This document shows, one piece after another, positions 39,142 through 53,100 of a stretch of 64,000 nt of DNA. The notes under the pieces were generated by a model. The model did no database searches and was not told the origin of the DNA. It was given only the letters and a program-made list of their open reading frames with translations. Within the stretch, counting starts at the first letter, position 1, and every line of letters begins with the position of its first letter. This stretch comes from Mytilus edulis (Eukaryota): NCBI RefSeq assembly GCF_963676685.1, contig NC_092355.1, forward strand, positions 67,518,001 to 67,582,000, written 5' to 3'. The position numbers and the translations under genes are program-made.

Positions 39142-39862
39142 AGCTGGGGTCACACATTCACGATTTTTACTGCCGTCCTTGACAGGACCATTCCCGATTA
39201 AAATTTATCAAAAGTCTGATCAAGATCCTATGAATCGTGGATGTAAATTCAAACTTTAAAAATTTAATCACGACAACAATCAGATATTGTTCAGGAAGCG
39301 CCGATATTCAACCGTTTCCAAGCGAATTTATCCCGATAATCCCGTTCTAAATCCGCTTCTAATCCGATTTTTATCTTTCGCCAGGTAAAATTCGACCGAG
39401 TCTGTCACGACTGCGTCCCGATTCTACCGAATGTAATCCGACAGAGATCAGATAGTGACAAGACAGTGAACCGACGCTGACGGAAGTTATCCGTTCGAAC
39501 AAATTTCTCCAGATCATTCCCGTTCCACAGGACACCGTCCCGAATACACAGAACATTGTTAGGAATTCGATCCGATACAGCAGAATCTGTCACGACATAG
39601 GCACGATTGTAATACGACTAGACAAAATCGGCTGAGTTTCCCCGAATGTTACGGGACGCACCTAACTGTCGGGGTGCTTTGCCGAACTATTCGGACCCTT
39701 CCCGACCAGTAGGAATCTGTTACGAACTTAAACGACTGCGTTCAGACAATAATAGGACATTCCAGATAATTGAGGATACTAATCCGACTTTTTAACTTTT
39801 CGTGTCGTATCGCTGTCTGATCTCAAACGGGAGTAATAATCGGCAATGTGTGAACCCCGCAT
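39142..39862. mobile_element. Harbinger/PIF-like MITE
   Basis: agctggggtcacacatt ... aatgtgtgaaccccgcat termini; related copies at 41219-42818. Confidence 0.7.
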
Positions 39863-39930
39863 TAGCCGTTTGAATTAGTTTAATAACATTCCGACTGTTT
39901 AAATCCCAATATATCTGTTAGAACATTTAC

Positions 39931-39978
39931 CTCTGGAGAACAGGACACACTTGCAATCATCAAAATGAATAAAATCAT
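39931..39978 (-). CDS. BRICHOS precursor gene B, coding exon 1: signal peptide (MILFILMIASVSCSPE)
   Basis: Paralog of 4255-4305; gtaaat donor in phase 0; tttcacag acceptor 6 nt upstream of the ATG. Confidence 0.87.
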
Positions 39979-41218
39979 TTTAATCTGTGAAATATAATAA
40001 AATAAAATATTTATAATGTGCTTAATTCAAATTCATTTCCAATTTTTAAATTCATGACAAGACAGGGAAAAACATCACCTTCATTCAATTATATTGAACT
40101 TTCCGCTTATGATAATTAAAGAATAGAGCATTGAACGATTAAATCAAAAACAGAATTATTATTTCGTATTGAAGGACAGTCGACTAACAGTAGATTTAAC
40201 ATTGGAAACAAGGGTAATTATAATTTCTGTTTATATTTCTGTTTGTAATTTTTTCTATATAAACTATTCCACTGTATTTTCTAACCCTACACAAATAATG
40301 AGGTGTGGTTTGAGGTCCAGTAAGACCCCTTTCCACCCATGTCCAAATGTTTTGAAAACAAAATATCAACAATTGTAGCCCAATGCCCTGCATTAACTCC
40401 ACCAGTAGTGGGATCGTCCAGTTAAAAAAGGGCCCAAATGACTAGACTAACTAAAGTGTAAAACAACTCAAACAGGGAAATCGGTCTAATCTATACAACA
40501 AATGAAAACAGAAAACACCTATAAACCACGTCAACAGACATCAACAACTAAGCAGCATGCTCCTGACTGAGAACAGGTGCATAAAAGTGTACAGGGCTTA
40601 AACGTTGTAACAGGTACCAACCTTTACACTAACCCGAGACATTAGTGTTAGATGACAACAAAAAAAGACACACTATAAAATGAAATTGACCAAAAAGACA
40701 TTTGAACAAAACAAGTAAACATACACTTAAAGAATAAGTTTGATATTTGACATAATATAAACGCATATTGAAAAATAGATTTCTATATAACATATAAGTT
40801 ATAGGTAGTTATAAAATAAAATGTAAAAAGATTGTCAGACAGACAACTCTAACATGAGACATAAATGGCGTGAAATAAAACAACATTCACAGGTAAATCG
40901 AAGCGTAATAATTTTGTTGTTAGGAGTACGGAATAAACATTTTTTTACAAAATTAATAAATTTGTTGTTAAGAGTACGACTAAAAGTGAGTTGTCGTCAT
41001 ACTAAATCAAAGGTGATACATATTACAAATGTCGAGACGAGATATAACACAAAATATGCATATACATATTGAATTACAGAAATGTATTACAAATTGCGTA
41101 AATAGGTCAATCTAACACGAAAGTACTATTTAGTAGTACTTACAGTTACGGAAAGCTAAAACCAATTAATAATAAGAAATCTTACACCAGAGGCTAACAT
41201 CAATAAAACCGCTTCTAA

Positions 41219-42818
41219 AGCTGAGGTCACATATTCACGATTTTTTCTGCCGTCATTCCCAATAATAATTTGTTAAAAGTCTGATCAAGATCTTGTAAAT
41301 CGGGGCTGAAAATTTAAACTTTTACTAAAATTTGTAATGCAGGGTTCACACATTACCGATCATTGCTCCTGTTTGAGATCAGACGGCGATACGACACGAA
41401 AAGTGAAAAAGTCGGATTACTATCCTCAATTTTTCTGGAATGTCCTATCATTGTCTGAACGCAGTCGTTTAAGTTCGTAACAGATTCCTACGGGTCGGGA
41501 AGGGTCCGAATAGTTCGGCGAAGCATCCCGACAGGTGCGTCCCGTAACATTCGGGGAAACTCAGCCGATTTTGTCTAGTCGGATTACAATCATGCCTATG
41601 GCGTGACAGATTCTGCTGTATCGGATTAAATTCCTAACAATGTTCTGTGTATTCTAGACGTTGTCCTGGGGAACGGGCCTGATCTGGAGACATTTTTCAT
41701 TGCTGTTTTTCTACCGATTGAGTCCGGATTGCATCCAGATCTTGTCGATTGTGAACCGTTTTTGCCGAAACCGTTCCAAAACGGTCCCGTTATTAATTCG
41801 AAATTCGTCAATGATAATCACGTCAGAGTCTCGAAAATTACAGAATACAATACGACTGAGACCAGACAACCGTTTGCAATTCGATAGAGCGGACGGTGAT
41901 AGGATTACGTTCCGACATTACCTGATCATCCCGAGTATGCCGACAGTTTTCGAACGGATAACTTCCGTCAGCGTCGGTTCACTGTCTATTTACTGTCTGA
42001 TCTCTGTCGGATTACATTCGGTAGAATCGGAACGCAGTCGTGACAGACTTGGTCGAATTTTACCAGGCGAAAGATAAAAATCGGATTAGAAGCGGATTGA
42101 GAACGTGATTATCGGGGTAAATTCGCTTGGAAACGGCTGAATATCGACACTTCCTGAACAATATCTGATTGTTGTCGTGATTAAAAAATTTTTTTTACAA
42201 ATTTAAATACAAGTTTGAATTTTCATCCACGATTCACAGGATCTTGAAAAGACTTTTGACAAATTTGAATCGGGAATGGTCCTGTGAAGGACGGCAGTAA
42301 AAATCGTCAATGTGTGACCCCAGCTTTAAAACATTTATTTAATCACGACAACAATCAGCAGAATCTGTTACGACATAGGCACGATTGTAATCCGACTAGA
42401 CTAAATCGGCTGAGTTTCCCCGAATGTTATGGGACGCACCTGTCAGGATGGTTTGCCAAACTATTCGGACCCTTCCCGACTCGTAAGAATCTGTTACGAA
42501 CTTAAACGACTGCGTTCAGACAATGAAAGGACATTCCAGATAATTGAGGATAGTAACCCGACTTTTTCACTTTTCGTGTCGTATCGCTGTCTGATCTCAA
42601 ACGGGAGCAATAATCGGCAATGTGTGAACCTCGAGGTGCTTGGCCGACCTCTCCGATCCGTAGGAATCTGTTATGAACGTATACTACAGCGTTCAGACAA
42701 TAATAGGACATTCCAGAATATTAAGGATAAATGTAGTAATCCGACTTTTTAGATTTTCGTGTCTTAGAGGGTATTATCTCAAACAGGAGCAATAATAGGC
42801 ACTGTGTAAACGCCGCAT
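41219..42818. mobile_element. Nested Harbinger-like MITEs: a longer copy (41337-42325, inverted) inserted into another copy of the same family
   Basis: The outer copy starts agctgaggtcacatatt, is interrupted by atgcagggttcacacatt...aatgtgtgaccccagct, and resumes at tttaatcacgacaacaatcag. Confidence 0.75.
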
Positions 42819-43901
42819 TTGGGATTTAGTGTTTTAACGGCATGGACAATCAAAGACAACATACATTGTGCATATATGTCCGTGGCTATAATTTGCATAA
42901 TTCATTATACGATCTGTAACTCTTTTTTATAATACATGTTTGGTTACAACGCTATTCAATTATTTGTTCGACCTCCACTGATAAGTTTAATGAGTCTGTC
43001 TTACAAAATTATAAAATATGTATTCCATGTTATATTGGTATATTTCATTTGTTTTGACAAACACTTAGTCGTGGCCACTGCTAGTCGGCGTATAGTCTCT
43101 GAGTGTATTATCATCCCCAAATGTATATCATTCAAAACTGAATTAATTGACAATCACTGGATTACAGGCTTCTGACTTTGGACAGGCAAATACATAATGT
43201 GGCGAGGTTGAAATATTTGCTGACGCCTAACCCTCCTCTTTTCCTGGGACAATGATGTAATAAAGGCCCTGTAACTTTGACGGGTTTTTTTTTCTTCCTT
43301 TTAATCAAAGATCAAAACTATGAAACGTTTACGAGTCAACGGGCGTTAATTTCTAAATTGGTCCATAGTCAATTTTAATCGAAGTATTTGCATGCTTTGA
43401 TTTTGTACAATTGCATAAAATTATGAACTGCATGGAAATCTACAATCAAAATGTGTCATTCAAAAAATAAAAATACCAAAGCCTTGGATACTGGTGGATT
43501 GTTCAACAGCAGCACTACCGATCCAGTGGTGATAAAAATAAAATTGTATGATGTATGATCAATGCACAACACACGTTTCTTGCACACTCTTGGACGGGCA
43601 TTCGGAAACCAGGAATGTCATATGGAAGAGCCTGTCAACTTAAAGGTATAAACAGAACAGCCAACACCGTCAATTTCAACTTTGTTTTGTGGTAGTGCAA
43701 AGAGAAAATATAATATAATATATCAGCAAACTGTCTTGAAATTAGATTAACTAAATGTCATACATACAGTTAGCTTTGAATGTTCAAATGTTGAGACAAA
43801 TATATACTTATATGCATAAGTTGATCAATGGAAAACATTGACAAGTAATTATAAACCGAAAATCCAATAATGTAAATTTGAATTTTAAAAACAAATCTTA
43901 C

Positions 43902-43958
43902 CCTATAGAACTGACAGTTTGCTAACAAACAAAAAAAAGGACACACTGCGATTTTATA
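43902..43958 (-). promoter_or_regulatory. Putative TATA box (43952-43958) and short 5' non-coding exon of gene B
   Basis: TATAAAA 50 nt upstream of agg|gtaag; parallels 5141-5191. Confidence 0.45.
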
Positions 43959-45824
43959 TTGAACACTTATCTGATCCTTGAACTTAAGTCATTTAAGAAG
44001 TTCAGAGTTTTGACCTATTTACCTTATCGTGCATTATTTATAAATCAAGTACCACAATAATGCTGGCATGATCACGTTTTCAGTTAGTGAACTTGGTTGA
44101 AAATAATTGTGATTTTTGTTTATGTCTTATGGACGTATTTTGCCATTCACTGACAATGTATTTGACAAGTTAGGAAAATAATTCATTTCCAGTTGAGATC
44201 AAAAGGACATTTATAATCATGAGGCGAAGAGAAACTAACAACAATGAACACCATGGCAAAAGCTCAAAACGGCGAAAAGATGAAATGATGAAAAGATGAA
44301 CAACAGTCCACAAAACACTACATAGAAAACAGTGGCAACATATACTCCCCAACTAATTGGTTTGTAATCGTAGGCACTCTCGGAGGGTATGCATATCCTT
44401 AAAACTTTTGATGGAATGACTTCAGCTATACTATTGATCAAATTTAAGGAAATGAAGCACAAATTTCTAAATACTCTTATTACAGATACCTAGTAATTGC
44501 AACTGCAAAAACAATATCGCGTAGTACAGAGCACATGATGTTTGGTTTTTTTTAATTGTTACATGGATGGAAATATTGTAGCTCATTGGTATCTTTTTTT
44601 TAAGTTCTGATTCCTTTCCTTTAACATTTTAGTTACATGGCTGGTTCTGATTTGAAAATTTTGATTGCTAAAAATATGTTTCAAATTCCATTATTTTTCA
44701 ATTGTAACAATTTTATACAGAAGTTCACTATATAGATTCCTGATTTGTAAATATTTCGGTTATCATTTTTGTATTTTTATTAAATAACCTTGGAGTTCAA
44801 GGAATATCTATTATGAGAGTACATGTAATTCATTGATAAGGCTTACATGCTTGAGATATACGTTATTTGTTTCATTTTTCCTATGATTCCATTAGTATTA
44901 TTGTTATTATTAAATTTGTGATATTAAATTTTAACGTAACATTATTGTTGTCAATAAACAAATCAAGCCTCTAGTTGATTATAAATTAAGAAGATATGAT
45001 AGGATTGTCAACGAGACAACAATCCATCAAACACCAAATGACGTAGATTGAACCATAAACAGTAGAGTAAGCTACTATACAAGGTCTCCAAAGGACAAAA
45101 GGTAGAATAATTCCGATTGGGTGTTTTAGAGAATTTATTCATTGAAATAGAGTCAAGAAGTCGGAATCTACGTAGGCCGTTCTGTATTTGTTTTATGCAA
45201 AGCTGTTATAATTTGGTCAATAAACTTGCTGTAGAATTGCTAGTAAAGGGCTTTATTCGCTTATATAAATATATCAAAGGTAGTTCATAAAAAATCCTTA
45301 TCTACTACAGAAGGACAACGTTTCACATAGGGAGCTATTTTTGCAGGAACAAAACAATAAAAGAGACTGCGATTTATCAAACAGTTATAATAAAAGCAAA
45401 AGCAACAAAACCATCTGCCATATGATTTTAAGAGCATCTGAATTTTATAAGACAATTTTTAATCCTTTTGAAACCAAAAACTAAAATCACAAAAATACTA
45501 GTACTCAACTCCGAGAAAAATAAAAATCAAATGATAATACACTTCAAACGAACGGACAACAACTGTCATATTCCAGACATAGACAATCGTGTCTCTATAT
45601 TGTTTCTGATTTGTTCTTAGGGACACGCTTTGTACAGGAGCTTCTTATGACAATGAAAAGAAGCTAGCATTTATGTTATTCTTTAACCTCACGTTCCGCC
45701 CCATAGAGAATGTTATCTCTATAGATAAACCCATCATAGATACCAGGATTGAAATTTTGAATTTGATCCAAACGCGCGTTTTGTCTGCAAAAGACTCAAC
45801 AATGACGATCAAATAAAAAAAAAA

Positions 45825-45825
<1 letters not shown>

Positions 45826-45871
<46 letters not shown>
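45826..45871. repeat. (CT)n microsatellite
   Basis: Seen directly. Confidence 0.95.
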
Positions 45872-45875
<4 letters not shown>

Positions 45876-48189
45876 AGATAATCAAGACTTCAAAAAATAA
45901 AATTAACATAGAGATCTAATGGGAAACTTTTTTAATTATAGATCCAAAATTATGAAATAAATAGTCAGAGTTCGTATATATCATATATTAACATACATGG
46001 AGGAAAAAAATATTAATTGAATTTTTAAGAATTATTTTCTGCAAATATATAGAAGTCAAATGGACAATATGTATTATACATATAGTTTGAAAAGATTTAG
46101 CTGACCAATAACAAAGCCATTATCTGCGACAATAAAGGATTACTTTTAGGCAGGACAATAACTGTTGTTAACAGATTGAATCATAAGAGGTATAAGACGA
46201 ATATTCCTCCAAATATAACAAGATGTTCTAGGTCAATTGTGTGGCATGTTTAAAAATGCTTCATCAACGTCATTATACTCTATTTTTATCATATTGAAAT
46301 TGTTCACCAACAAATTGCGATGTGTAAGATGAAAGAACAGAGAAGGGAAGGGAAAATAAGTTATAATGTTTTTAATTGTATGGTTCTGATTACTTTAAGA
46401 AATTCCCACAGTAAGCTGCACTCAATAAGGTGTTTTAATAACAAACAAAAAAGTTGATAATATCCATTGATCCATTGGGTCCATTTCCTGTGGCTGAGGT
46501 AACGGTATAATTGTTTAATGAAATACTTTTGTTCACTTTTTAGTGGAATATAATGCAAACTGAATGATCTTCATCCACATTGAGGGTGTGAAACTATTTA
46601 CAATTATAAGGTGAATGTCCAAACTTATTTTTAAAATCATATAGGAAAGAAAACAGCTGTACGAATATTATAGCCATATATCAGAAAGAGAGCAAAAAGT
46701 ATATCATCATGATTTAACAATTAAAGTAATGGAAAATCCGACGTAAAAATTAGATAGAAATGAACCCGAAATAAGGATGAATATTCCGATACAAAGAACC
46801 AAATTCAACCGTTCACATATACAAATGAAAAAGAATAAATTCGGAGCAAGGAAACCTAACCCAATGAACAACCATGCTGTAAATGGTTAGACAAATTGTA
46901 TAACATTTGTCATTGCTCTTTGTTGATCGCGTACGGTGACTTATAGTTGATAACTTTTATGTCATTTCGTCTCTGATGGAAAATCTTATTGGCAATCACA
47001 CCATATCGTCTTATTTTTGTATATACGCATTACAACCGACAATTTTATTAACTTGTCTTCTTTGTGTAATTAGGTAATTTTTTATTGGACTTGAAAATCA
47101 CTGGTGGTAAGCGGATGAGTTACGACCATCCGAAGATGTGAGACAACTCTAGGGATACATTTTTCTTTTCCGATTTTCGTGCAGTAAAAAAATGTTTCAG
47201 TAAAACCGCTTGTCTCATACATACTAATCGTCAGTGCGTTGATATTGAAACAAAATTTGATACATAAAAACATTCCAATTTTCGTAAAATCATCATTCAA
47301 TAATTCGAGCATGATGGTCGTAACTAAAAAAACAAAAATGTTCAGGATGGTTGTAACTTAAAATTGTGATGGTCGTAACTCTTTATTAAATAGGACCTAA
47401 TAAGACAAGTCAATAGTTTTAAACGTGTCTTTTGTTATATGAATATATTATATGATATATTTGTGAAGTTGATTTCACTAAATGATAAAAACTAAAAGAG
47501 GTGAAGAGAGGGATACCTGTAAAGTGCGAAAGGAATGAAAATTGGAACGAATCAAAAAAAAACAATGCAAAATGAAATAACCAGTCACTGTTACTTAAAA
47601 TATAATGTATAAAATCATCCAAGAGGCAACTGATTATAAGCTGTTAAGTTTAATAACAATATAAATTCTCAAAAGTGGAGAATTCATTTTAACACACAGC
47701 TCTGGTTATGATCATTCTTAGTTACGAATTAAGAAAAGGCGATTTTAACAAATTTGACATCACATGAAATAAAGTATCCTGATTTATTTTCTTAATATTT
47801 TGCATGTATTGAAAAGATAAACTTTTTAAAAACTAGTATGTACCTACTAGTAGGAATTAAACAGAAAAATCTACAATTTAAAATTGATACTTTAAGTCGA
47901 AAGAGCATAAGTAAGGAGTCAAAATATCGGATCGTTATCGAGACAAGACAATATCCGCGAATTCGCAGGTCCGTAATCGAATTAAACAACATACATCTTA
48001 TTCTTAGCCTGGATTTTGAGAAGTCGTATTGTCATTTGGTATATAGTCAAGCTGGTTATTAGGTGCAAATTCGAAGTTCTGGTATAATCATTATCCGTGG
48101 TTTTAGAAAATTCTGAATACGCCTATTGGTACCATGCTATCCGTTATAAATCTTTGTCTTTCTTATGGAAAATACCATGAACCCTGGAC

Positions 48190-49530
48190 CACACGTTTTT
48201 TCATTCCCAATTCATAAAGGGAATGATGCATCCGATCTTAATAACTATCGAGGAATTACAATTACTGATTCATTGGGGAAGCCATTTTAAAAAGATACTT
48301 GATACACGTCTTTGTAAATCCTTAGATAAATATCATATCATTGATGAGAGCCAAATTGGATTTACCAAAAAACAAACAAAAAAAAACGACCATCTGACCA
48401 TATGTTCATTCTAAAAACTATTATGAATAAGTATTGTAATACAAAAGAAGGTAGAATGTTTGCCTGCTTTGTTGATTTCCAGAAGGCTTTTGATACTGTC
48501 ATTCTCCCAGGGATAAAACTTAAGCTATTGAATATAGTTAGAGAGTATGATACGAGATCTCTTTAGAACTAAAGTTGGACCAAAACAGGGCGACAATTTG
48601 AGTCCAAATTTGTTTAAAATTTTTATAAATGAACTTCCTGATTGTGTTAAAAGTTCCCCTGATCAAGCTGTTGTTTATTCACGACCAGCCTATTCTTTAC
48701 TATACATATGCTGATGATCTTGCCATTTTTTCAACTTCAGCAAAAGGACTTTAAAGTAAACTTGATGGATTAAGATCGGTGTTTGAAAATTAATCCCAAT
48801 AAAACCAAGCCATAGTATTTAACAAGACAGGCAGACATATCAAACATGATTTTTATTTTAATAACAGTCGTTAAAAGCCTACTATAAGCTACGCAAGGAC
48901 TTTCTGTCACTGAATCCAAGTTTACCCCTCCGGGTGCGGGAATTTCTCGCTACATTGAAGACCTGTTGGTGACTTTCTGCTGTTGTTTTTTTTCTATGGT
49001 CGGGTTGTTGTCTCTTTGGCACATTCCCCATTTCCATTCTCAATTTTATTAAAAAAACAGCCTTCATGTTTTTGAGCATACAATAAAACCTATTCTCTTA
49101 TATAGTACTAAAATTTTGGGATATTTCAACCCTTTCGAAAAAAAAAATATGACTACAACTGTAGATCAGGCTTATCCTACGATTCTTTCAGAAATACTAC
49201 GCATTGAATTTTGTAAACATTTACTTGGTGTTACCAAAAGAGAAACACATTTTGCCAATCTTTCTTAACTCGGTAGATTCACTCTGTATTTTGTCATTGC
49301 AAAGTCTATGATCAGATACTGGCACAGGCTTGACAATTTTGGGATCATCTTTCCCCTACTAGAGGAGGCATATTTAGAGTCAAAATTACTACACGAGTTA
49401 AAACAATTCCTTCACAGTATGGATCCTTAAACTTTATTCTAAAGAATATTAAAGGGGTCAGCAATTTACATTGTTTACTATATGCTGATGATAGTGTATT
49501 TTTTTTTTAATTTCAGCAAAAGGACTTCAG
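48190..49530 (+). mobile_element. Old, degenerate L2/CR1-like RT fragment
   Basis: NYRGIT, IDESQIGF, FACFVDFQKAFD, KQGDNLSPNLF and YADD peptides with many frameshifts. Confidence 0.8.
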
Positions 49531-50168
49531 CAAACAGTATTCATACATGATAGCTTGTAGCCAGGATAATATTTAAAAGATAGATCTGTATGCTTCAACT
49601 CAGCGTGCTGGTCTTTTAAATCTGAGTACATTCATACAATATAAACATATAACATAAATATTATTTTCAACCTGCATAGGTATGTGATAGTTGCCACAGT
49701 ACATTTAGTTCTACCTTGTAATATTATCTTAGCTACAAGGCTGGCTATAAACTACTAATATTTGATCTTACTCTTGAATTCAAAGCGTGTATAATTGTAA
49801 AATATATACCTGCATATATGTATGTAATATTTGCCGCAGTACATTTAGTTCTACCTAGTAATATTATCCTGGCTACAAGCCTGTCTACAAACTACTGATA
49901 TTTGATCTTAAACGCGTGTAGCATTGTAAAATATCTCAACCTTATTCATACTTTCTAGGTTAACACAATGTTCATTGCGACACCATGGATTAAGTGCAGT
50001 TTTTATAAACCATTGGCTTTCAAATATTCGGCTTTTGGTGAATCATGATTAATGAAAATCCACAAATGCCTGGTGTTTTTATCGTGTTGTCTTTATTTTT
50101 TATCGATTGCATGACGATCTTGCGGTATATCATTGATAATTGTTCTAAGTACTGGTTCAGAATAAAAA

Positions 50169-53100
50169 TTGTACTTTTTCTATTAACACCTAAAATATAT
50201 TTGCAGAATTTAATATGAAGTTTTTCACAAAGTATCCTTGAGTAAATTGTATCCACCGATATGTTTTCTTTTTTTAAACGTGCAGTAAAGGGATTGAAAT
50301 ATCCCCAAATTTCACACCCGTATAAAAGTATAGGCTTTATTGTATGGTCAAAAACATGAATTGCATTTTTAACAGTAGGATTATGCACTAAAAAAGTTTA
50401 AAGTATGCTTTTAAGGCTTTTGGTATAAATCATTCTGAGCATATGAAAAAGAACATGATGCATTAAATTGGATACCCAAATATTTATAATTAGATACACA
50501 CTCCAGCTCATCTTTGTTGAAAATAAATTTTTGAGAGATATGTCTGCCTGCCTTGTTGAATATCAACACTTTAGTTTTCTTAGTATTTATATTCAAGCAC
50601 CAATCATTGCAAAAATCATGAAGATTATTTAATTTTTCTTGTAGTCCTTCTGCTGAGTTAGATAAAATTACAATGTCATCAGCATACATAAGGCAATGAA
50701 TGAGTTTGCCATCCAGCATAATTGGATCTCTGGTTTGTGTAAAATAATCTGTAAGGCTATTTATAAATATTTTAAACAAGTTAGGACTCAAGTTATCTCC
50801 TTGTTTAACACCAAGCTTTGTTTGAAAGAATTACGTTATTTTATCATGTATTTTTATACAAGATCTAGTTTCAAGATACATATTCTTTATAACGCTATAA
50901 AACCTTGAACTAACCCCAATCTCTAACAGCTTAAATCTAATTCCTGTATGTATTACTTTATCAAAAGCTTTATGAAAATCAACAAAGCAAGCAAACACTC
51001 TACCATCCTTAATATTACAGTATTTATCAAACATACATTTTAAAACAAACATATGGTCAGATGTTCTTGCCTTTCTTGTGAAACCTATTTGACAATCATT
51101 AATTACATTATTTTCTTCTAAAAAACTATCCAACCTTATATTGAGTATACTGTTAAAAAGCTTACCAATTGCATTAGTGATGGTTAGTCCTCTATAATTA
51201 TTTATGTCAGTGACTTCACCTGACTTATGTAATACTGTGATATAACCTTCGGTCCAATTTCTTGGGTATAAACCATGAGATAGACAAGAATTAAATATTT
51301 TCGAAAGAGACGATAGTAAAACATTTTGACTGTGTTTAATCATATTGTTTGAAATGTTATCCAACCCTGGTGATTTGTTACAACGTAGTTTAGAAATGGC
51401 AAAAGAAATTTCTTTCTCTGTTATAATTTTATCAAGATTATTAAAACAAACATTTTTTTCAAGATTATCTAGCTTTTTTTCCAACTTAGCCACTCTTTCT
51501 TTGAATGAATCATGTAATTGATATAATCCATTGAAATGTGAAACCCACGCAGATGGTGCCACAGCAGAACTATGATCCTTATTATCATTATTTTTTAAAT
51601 CATTAATTAACTTCCAATATGCTTTCGGATTATCATCATGTAGATTCTGTAATTGCTCAACAAGTGATTTTTTTATATTCTTTATACTTAAATTTTCTAA
51701 GTTTAGAATATTGCTTATTCAGCTTATAATAGTGACCTCTCACTATTGGGTCATAAGGAAATTTTGAATATATTTTACCGTAACTTATTAATTTGTTTCG
51801 GAGATGGCACAAATCTCCATCAAACCATTTTTTTGTCTTTATTTTCTTATTTCTTAGTTTATTTCTTTTTAAAGAATTAGTAGCAGCAGACAAGAAAATA
51901 TGAGATAATTCTGCTGCAGCCTCATCGACAGAGGATTGAGACTTTTTGATTATAATTTATTAAATGTATCAATTTGTGTTTGTTTATCTGGTAATAATAA
52001 AGCTGTCTGAAAGTTTGTAGGTGATTCATCTGACCATATAAAGTTTGGAGATTTATCAAACATATTAATATTACAATCATTATCATCAACAGTAAATTTA
52101 CTTGACATTTCCCATTCCAGTATACAATGACAATCTGAAATAGTAGGCATGAAGTTGTGAACATAAAAATATAAAATTTGATCCAGAATACTCTCCGACA
52201 CCATCAAATAGTCAACCACACTACTGCCGTTTGGCGTATAACATGTGTACTTCCCAAAACATCCCCTAGGACTCGACCATTTAGTATCCTTAACTGGTTT
52301 AGAATACAGAGATCTAGTAGACTCTTTCCCCTTGAATCAATTGTTGTATCACTGCTTTGTCTTTATAAGATTTGCTTATCAATTGGGTAGTTATTAAAAA
52401 GAGGTAAATAAGATTGATCGTCATTTAAATTATAATCAGGGGAAGTGGCAATTCTTGCATTTAAATCACCACACAGTAAAACATTACCCATTTTCATATA
52501 TTTTGCAGTTTCCTGTTCTAAACATTCAATAATGTCCCGGTCGAGTCCCTGAGTATATGATGACATTGGGGGTGGGTTATACACTACACACATATACAAG
52601 TCTTTTTGAAAACCGAAAAAATCCTTTTCTAACTTTATCCACATAATGTCAGTATAAGTGTTTTTGAGAATGTTTACATAAGGTTTGGTATTTTTTTTTT
52701 AACTAAGACTGCCAACCCACCAAAAATCTGTGGTTTGCCATAGTTTTAGGTCTACATACATAATAACAATTGAAAGGACCTATTCTATGAATATTGGACT
52801 CATATCCGATGTGTGTTTCAGCAAAACAAGCTAAATCATATTTATCAATTTTGTTTAAAAAAAAAAGGGGATCATCTGTTTTGTTACCTTCCTTGTTCAT
52901 AAGGCCCCCTAAATTAAGAAATAAAATTGAGAATGGAAATGGGGAATGTGTCAAAGAGACAACAACCCGACCAAATAAAAAACAACAGCAGAGGGTCACC
53001 AACAGGTCTTCAATGTAGCGAGAAATTCCCGCACCCGGAGGCGTCCTTCAGCTGGCCCCTAAACAAATATATACTAGTCCAGTGATAATGAACGCCATAC

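Noticed and set aside
41626-42752. ORFs of 60-138 aa in the GC-richer block
   Set aside because: They lie within MITE copies, frames are not conserved between copies, and there are no transposase motifs
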